Part shown: positions 33,948 through 40,167 of the stretch, piece after piece | Position numbering within the stretch: the stretch's first letter is position 1 | Layout: every line of letters begins with the position of its first letter | NCBI GenBank assembly: GCA_043732605.1 | Contig: JAYTHL010000175.1 | Span: forward strand, 1-40,167 | Length of the DNA: 40,167 nucleotides | DNA from: Rhizobacter sp. | Lineage (GTDB): Bacteria > Pseudomonadota > Gammaproteobacteria > Burkholderiales > Burkholderiaceae_C | Direction of reading: 5' to 3' | Position numbers and translations under genes: made by a program | Notes under the pieces: generated by a model | Databases searched by the model: none | What the model was told of the DNA's origin: nothing | Seen by the model: only the letters and a program-made list of their open reading frames with translations

Positions 33948-35225
33948 CTAGCCGACGCGCGTCGCGATCAGCACCGCGTTCGTTCCGCCGAAGGCGAACG
34001 AGTTCGAGAGCACGGCATCCAGAGTCGGACTCTCGCGCGCGACACCGGTGACGAGATCGATCGCGAATGCAGGATCGGTCTCGCGCACATGCGCCGTCGG
34101 CGGCAGGCGGCGGTGATGCAGGGCGCGCAGCGCTGCGAGCAGCTCGACCGCGCCGCCGGCGCCGAGCAGGTGGCCGTGGATCGCCTTCGTCGAGCTCACC
34201 GGCACGCCGCGCGCGCCGAAGATGCGCGCGAGCGACTCTGCCTCTGCCGCGTCGCCGGTGGTCGTCGCGGTGCCGTGGGCATTGACATAACCGATGTCCG
34301 ACGCGGCGAGGCCGGCGTCGGCGAGCGCGGCGGTCATCGCCCGTACCTGGCCGGCGGCGTCGGGATTGGTGATGTGGACGCCGTCGCAGTTGGTCGCGTA
34401 GCCGGCGAGCGTCGCCTCGATCGTCACGCCGCGTGCCCGCGCGTGCTCGGCAGACTCGAGCACGAACGCGGCCGCAGCCTCGCCGAGCGCGAAGCCCGCG
34501 CGGTCGGCGGCGAACGGACGGCACGACGCGGCGACCGCGGCCGCATCGCCCGCGCTCGCGCCGAGCGCCGTCAGCACGCGCATCGCCTGCCAGCTCGCGA
34601 GCACCCCGGGCGTGAGCATCGCTTCGCTGCCGCCGGCGATGGCGACGTCGATCCAGCCCGCGCGGATCGCCCGCATCGCCTCGCCGATCGCGACCGCCGA
34701 CGAGGCGCAGGCGCAGGCGTACGCGAGCGCGGCGCCGCGTGCGCCAAAGAGGAGGGCGATCTCGGCGACGGGCGCGTTCGGCATCGTCGTGACGACGCTG
34801 GTCGGGCGCATGCGGCGGCGGTCGGCGTAGACCGTGCGGCACGTCGCCTCGAAGGTCGCCGCGCCGGCCATGCCGCTGCCCCAGAAGATGCCGAGGCGTT
34901 CCGGGTCGAAGCGGCCGGCCTCGAGACCGGCGGCCCGAGCCGCGTCGCGCGCGGCGAAGAGCGCCATCGCGCTCGCACGGTCGAGCGGCACGCGCGAGGG
35001 TGCGACCACTGCGGCGGCGTCGAAGTCGGCGGTCGCGACCGGCACCGGCGGCAGATCGATGCCCGGCAGATCGATCGGCTGCGCATGCACTGCCGATCGG
35101 CCGGCGAAGAGCGCGTCGTCGAAATCCACGAGCGACTTGCCGATCGGGCTCACAACGCCCGTCCCTGTGACGGCGATGGGTGCACCGCGCCAGGCACGCG
35201 GTGCTTGAGAGGTCGGGCGATTCAT
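33948..35225 (-). CDS. Beta-ketoacyl-ACP synthase II-like (FabF family)
   Basis: VTGTGVVSPIG; Cys-His-His triad ACASS / NAHGTAT / GHLLGAGG; SNSFAFGGTN. Confidence 0.9.
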   Translation of the reverse strand: MNRPTSQAPRAWRGAPIAVTGTGVVSPIGKSLVDFDDALFAGRSAVHAQPIDLPGIDLPPVPVATADFDAAAVVAPSRVPLDRASAMALFAARDAARAAGLEAGRFDPERLGIFWGSGMAGAATFEATCRTVYADRRRMRPTSVVTTMPNAPVAEIALLFGARGAALAYACACASSAVAIGEAMRAIRAGWIDVAIAGGSEAMLTPGVLASWQAMRVLTALGASAGDAAAVAASCRPFAADRAGFALGEAAAAFVLESAEHARARGVTIEATLAGYATNCDGVHITNPDAAGQVRAMTAALADAGLAASDIGYVNAHGTATTTGDAAEAESLARIFGARGVPVSSTKAIHGHLLGAGGAVELLAALRALHHRRLPPTAHVRETDPAFAIDLVTGVARESPTLDAVLSNSFAFGGTNAVLIATRVG

Positions 35226-35344
35226 GCGGGCACGGGCAGCCGGGTGAGCGGGCGCACATCTTATGTCCCGCGCCCGGTGCCGCTTGCGCGTCGGGGGCAG
35301 AATCGACGCGGCTCGCGGGCAGCCGCGTCCTCGATTCCCTTGCC

Positions 35345-36718
35345 GTGCCGCCGACCTCTCTCGACCTTCCCTTTGCCGACGACACCGGCGCCGCACCACT
35401 CGCCGAGCGGCTGCGGCCGAAGACGCTCGACGACGTCATCGGCCAGCAGCACCTGCTCGGCCCCGGCAAGCCGCTGCGCGTCGCCTTCACGTCCGGGCGG
35501 CTGCATTCGATGATCCTCTGGGGCCCGCCCGGCACCGGCAAGACGACCCTCGCGCGGCTGATGGCCGATGCCTTCGACGCGCAGTTCATCGCCATGTCGG
35601 CGGTGCTCGGCGGCGTCAAGGACATCCGCGAGGCGGTCGAGCGGGCGCAGGCGGCGCGCACGTCGGGGCGAGCGTCGGTCGTCTTCGTCGACGAGGTGCA
35701 TCGCTTCAACAAGAGCCAGCAGGACGCCTTCCTGCCGCACGTCGAGTCGGGACTGCTCACCTTCATCGGTGCGACAACGGAGAACCCGTCGTTCGAGGTC
35801 AACTCGGCGCTGCTTTCGCGTGCGACGGTGCACGTGCTGAAGCCGCTCGAGGAGGCCGACCTGCAGACGCTCCTCGGCCGTGCCCAGGCGATGCTCGACG
35901 CGCCGCCCCTGGCGCCGGCCGCCGAGGCCCGGCTCGTCGGCTACGCCGATGGCGATGCGCGCCGCCTGCTGAATGCCTACGAGAACCTGATCGCGACGGT
36001 GCGCTCGCAGCAGCCGTCACGCGTCAGTGACGATGCGACCGAATCAGGCGATCGCGACGCCGCGCCGATCGACGAGGCGATGCTCGAGCAGGCGCTCGGC
36101 GAGCAACTGCGCCGCTACGACAAGGGCGGCGAGCAGTTCTACGACACGATCTCCGCGTTGCACAAGGCGGTGCGCGGCAGCGATCCGGACGCGTCGCTCT
36201 ACTGGTTCGTGCGCATGATCGACGGCGGCGTCGATCCTCGCTACGCGGCGCGCCGCCTGGTGCGCATGGCGAGCGAGGACATCGGTCTGGCCGACCCGCG
36301 CGCGCTCCGCCTCGCGCTCGACGGCGCCGAGACCTACGAGCGCCTCGGCTCGCCCGAAGGCGAGCTCGCGCTCGCCGAGGTCGTCGTCTATCTCGCGATG
36401 GCCGCGAAGAGCAACGCCGTCTACATCGCCTACAACGCGGCCCGCGCCTACATCAAGGCCGATCGCACGCGGCCCGTGCCTTTGCGCCTGCGCAACGCGC
36501 CGACCTCGCTGATGAAGGGCCTCGACTACGGCAAGGGCTATCGCTACGCCCACGACGAGGTCGGCGCGTTCGCGGCCGGCGAACGCTACTGGCCGGACGA
36601 CATGGAGGCGCAGACCTTCTACCGACCTGTCGAGCGCGGCCTCGAGATCTCGATCGGCGAGCGCCTCGCCGAGCTGCGCCGCCTGAACGACAAAGCCGCC
36701 GGCCACAAGCCTCAGTAG
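35345..36718 (+). CDS. rarA: Replication-associated recombination protein A (AAA+ ATPase)
   Basis: PLAERLRP, GPPGTGKT, DEVHRFNKSQQD, ATTENP, SALHKAVRGSD, SEDIGLADP, KSNA. Confidence 0.95.
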   Translation: MPPTSLDLPFADDTGAAPLAERLRPKTLDDVIGQQHLLGPGKPLRVAFTSGRLHSMILWGPPGTGKTTLARLMADAFDAQFIAMSAVLGGVKDIREAVERAQAARTSGRASVVFVDEVHRFNKSQQDAFLPHVESGLLTFIGATTENPSFEVNSALLSRATVHVLKPLEEADLQTLLGRAQAMLDAPPLAPAAEARLVGYADGDARRLLNAYENLIATVRSQQPSRVSDDATESGDRDAAPIDEAMLEQALGEQLRRYDKGGEQFYDTISALHKAVRGSDPDASLYWFVRMIDGGVDPRYAARRLVRMASEDIGLADPRALRLALDGAETYERLGSPEGELALAEVVVYLAMAAKSNAVYIAYNAARAYIKADRTRPVPLRLRNAPTSLMKGLDYGKGYRYAHDEVGAFAAGERYWPDDMEAQTFYRPVERGLEISIGERLAELRRLNDKAAGHKPQ

Positions 36719-37581
36719 GTGCGGTTGATCTTCGTCGGTGAGCGGTCGAAGACCGCGTCGGGCACGAAGAAGTCGCCCTGCAGCGGCGCGCCGCCGGCGT
36801 GCGGCGCGTAGCGCGAGAAGTCGTCGACGCCTTCTGCGCGAAGCACTTCCTCGTCGATGAAGAACTGGCCGCTGAACGCGCGCGACGGCCGCGACAGCAC
36901 GGCCCAGGCCGCGTCGGCCATGATCTCCGGCGTGCGGCACGCCGCGGCCATCGCGTCGCCGCCGAGCGCGAAGCGCACCGCGGCGGTGTCGATTGCCGTC
37001 AGCGGCCAGAGCGAATTGACGGCGACGCCGCGCGCCTTGAACTCCGCCGCCATGCCGAGCGTGCACAGGCTCATGCCGTACTTGGCCATCGTGTAGGCGA
37101 CGTGCGGCCCGAACCACTTCGGGTCGAGGTCGAGCGGCGGCGAGAGGTTCAGGATGTGCGGATTCGAAGACTTCAGCAGGTGCGGCAGCGTCGCCTTCGA
37201 GCACAGGAAGGTGCCGCGCGCGTTCACCTGGCTCATCAGGTCGTAGCGCTTCATGTCGGTGTCGAGCGTCGACGTCAGCGAGATCGCGCTCGCGTTGTTG
37301 ACGCAGACGTCGATGCCGCCGAACGCGGCCACCCCTTGCTCGACGGCGGCGCGCACCTGCTGCTCGTCGCGAATGTCGCAGACGACAGGCAGCGCCTTGC
37401 CGCCGGCCGCCTCGACCTCGGCCGCAGCGGTGTAGATGGTGCCCGGCAGCTTGGGATGCGCCTCGGCCGTCTTGGCCGCCAGCACGATGTTCGCGCCGTC
37501 GCGCGCGAGCCGGCAGGCGATCGCCAGGCCGATGCCCCGGCTCGCGCCCGAGATGAACACGGTCTTTCCTCGGAACGTCAT
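36712..37581 (-). CDS. Short-chain dehydrogenase/reductase (HSDL2/citronellol dehydrogenase-like)
   Basis: SGASRGIG, HPKLPGTI, NNASAI, YTMAK, NSLWP; GGAGG RBS. Confidence 0.9.
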   Translation of the reverse strand: MTFRGKTVFISGASRGIGLAIACRLARDGANIVLAAKTAEAHPKLPGTIYTAAAEVEAAGGKALPVVCDIRDEQQVRAAVEQGVAAFGGIDVCVNNASAISLTSTLDTDMKRYDLMSQVNARGTFLCSKATLPHLLKSSNPHILNLSPPLDLDPKWFGPHVAYTMAKYGMSLCTLGMAAEFKARGVAVNSLWPLTAIDTAAVRFALGGDAMAAACRTPEIMADAAWAVLSRPSRAFSGQFFIDEEVLRAEGVDDFSRYAPHAGGAPLQGDFFVPDAVFDRSPTKINRTY

Positions 37582-37680
37582 GGTGTCCTCCCTGTTGTGA
37601 TCCGCCGAAGCCTTGTCCACAACGACCCGGAAGTCAACGGGGAGCGGCCCCGCTCGTCCATGGGGCCACTCCCTAGCCGG

Positions 37681-37696
37681 TGGCAGGGGAATTGCT
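37681..37696 (+). promoter_or_regulatory. Candidate sigma54 (-24/-12) promoter for livHMG
   Basis: TGGCAGGGGAATTGCT has exact GG-N10-GC spacing and lies 17 nt upstream of the livH ATG. Confidence 0.55.
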
Positions 37697-37713
37697 AATA
37701 GAGTCCCCTCGCC

Positions 37714-38637
37714 ATGGATATCTTCGTCCAACAGATCATCAACGGGCTCGTGCTCGGAAGCGTCTATGCGCTCGTCGCGCTCGGCTACACGATGGTGTAC
37801 GGCATCATCAACCTCATCAACTTCGCCCACGGCGAGGTGCTGATGGTCGGTGCACTCACCAGCTGGACGGTCGTCACGGTGCTCGCCGGCCTGGGGCTCC
37901 CCGGCTGGGTGCTGCTCTTGCTCGGCCTCGTCGCCGCGGTCATCGTCTGCTCGGCTCTCAATTTTGCGATCGAGAAGATCGCCTACCGGCCGCTGCGCAA
38001 CGCCCCGCGCCTGGCGCCGCTGATCACCGCGATGGGCATGAGCCTGCTCCTGCAGACGCTGGCGATGATCATCTGGAAGCCGAACTACAAGTCGTTCCCG
38101 ATCCTGTTGCCGGGCGATCCGCACGTCGTCTTCGGCGCGGTGATCAACAACGTGCAGATCCTGATCCTGGTGATGACGGCGGTCACGCTCTCGGGCCTGA
38201 TGTACCTCGTCAACAAGACCAAGCTGGGCCGAGCGATGCGGGCCACGGCCGAGAATCCGCGCGTCGCCGCGCTCATGGGCGTGCGTCCCGACACCGTGAT
38301 CTCGGCCACCTTCGTGATCGGCGCCGCGCTCGCTGCGCTGGCCGGCGTCATGTACGCGGCCAACTACGGCTCGGTGCAGCACACGATGGGTTTCCTGCCG
38401 GGCCTCAAGGCGTTCACGGCGGCGGTGTTCGGTGGCATCGGCAACCTGCCCGGCGCGATGGTGGGCGGCGTGCTGCTGGGCTTGATCGAGTCGCTGGGGG
38501 CGGGCTACATCGGCGCGTTGACCGGCGGTGTGCTGGGCAGCCACTACCAAGACATCTTCGCCTTCATCGTGCTCATTCTGGTGCTGACCTTGCGACCGCA
38601 GGGCTTGCTCGGCGAGCGTGTGGCCGACCGCGCCTAA
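37714..38637 (+). CDS. livH: Branched-chain amino acid ABC transporter permease
   Basis: NGLVLGSVYALVALGYTMVYG..NFAHG, GRAMRA, LKAFTAAVFGGIG. Confidence 0.95.
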   Translation: MDIFVQQIINGLVLGSVYALVALGYTMVYGIINLINFAHGEVLMVGALTSWTVVTVLAGLGLPGWVLLLLGLVAAVIVCSALNFAIEKIAYRPLRNAPRLAPLITAMGMSLLLQTLAMIIWKPNYKSFPILLPGDPHVVFGAVINNVQILILVMTAVTLSGLMYLVNKTKLGRAMRATAENPRVAALMGVRPDTVISATFVIGAALAALAGVMYAANYGSVQHTMGFLPGLKAFTAAVFGGIGNLPGAMVGGVLLGLIESLGAGYIGALTGGVLGSHYQDIFAFIVLILVLTLRPQGLLGERVADRA

Positions 38638-38648
38638 GGAGAGCTGTG

Positions 38649-39743
<1,095 letters not shown>

Positions 39744-39753
39744 GGAGACGGGC

Positions 39754-40167
39754 ATGGCTGAAACCATACTGAAAGTCGCCGCCGTCTCGAAGCGCTTCGG
39801 CGGCTTGCAGGCGCTGTCGGATGTGGGCATCACCATCGAGCGGGGCCAGGTGTACGGCCTGATCGGCCCCAACGGTGCCGGCAAGACGACCTTCTTCAAC
39901 GTCATCACCGGGCTCTACACGCCCGATGGCGGCAGCTTCGTGCTCGGCGGCGAGCCTTACACGCCGCAGGCCGTGCACCAGGTGGCGATGGCGGGCATTG
40001 CGCGCACCTTCCAGAACATCCGTTTGTTTGCCGAGATGACGGCGCTTGAAAACGTCATGGTCGGCCGTCACATCCGCACCAGCTCTGGCTTGCTCGGTGC
40101 GGTCTTCCGCACGCCGGGTTTCAAGGCCGAAGAGGCCGCGATTGCCCAGCGCGCGCAAGAGCTGCTC
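39754..40167 (+). CDS. livG: Branched-chain amino acid ABC transporter ATP-binding protein, truncated by the window end
   Basis: MAETILKVAAVSKRFGGL...GLIGPNGAGKTT...GIARTFQNIRLF; AAGGAG RBS. Not in the ORF track because no stop lies within the window. Confidence 0.93.
   Translation, partial: MAETILKVAAVSKRFGGLQALSDVGITIERGQVYGLIGPNGAGKTTFFNVITGLYTPDGGSFVLGGEPYTPQAVHQVAMAGIARTFQNIRLFAEMTALENVMVGRHIRTSSGLLGAVFRTPGFKAEEAAIAQRAQELL

Noticed and set aside
30701-35802. Very long antisense ORFs (877 aa and 866 aa; also 10032-12131 and 19588-21495)
   Set aside because: These are shadow frames of real genes in high-GC DNA, with no recognisable motifs.

Overview
High-GC betaproteobacterial chromosomal DNA (Burkholderiales-like, judged from gene content and order), with about 38 CDSs and no rRNA, tRNA, CRISPR array or transposase that I can see. 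The left half (1-21.5 kb) is mostly accessory. It holds an O-antigen-ligase-like membrane protein, an acyl-CoA synthetase, a CHRD lipoprotein, a Bug/TctC binding protein with a sulfatase, hppD, and a sorT-sorU-sulP sulfite-oxidation operon. It also holds a MauG-type di-heme enzyme followed by a small protein, an ECF43-like sigma factor and a multiply deleted Ser/Thr kinase pseudogene, then cytochrome b561, an orphan processive GT2, ybaK and an intact Ser/Thr kinase-TPR protein. The right half is mostly core: plsY, trpS, purN, rsmB-like, desA, rpmG/rpmB, trxB (1-nt frameshift), a Crp-family regulator, ftsK, lolA, a standalone FabF-like synthase, rarA, an SDR and livHMG. The best candidate for an undescribed system is a split ECF43/Ser-Thr kinase circuit next to a His/Tyr-type di-heme enzyme. 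The sigma factor has a dead kinase beside it, an intact kinase with no sigma lies 4 kb away, and the two loci share upstream DNA motifs. A codon-usage break inside livH may mark recombination or a chimeric assembly. All family assignments come from motif reading, not from database searches.
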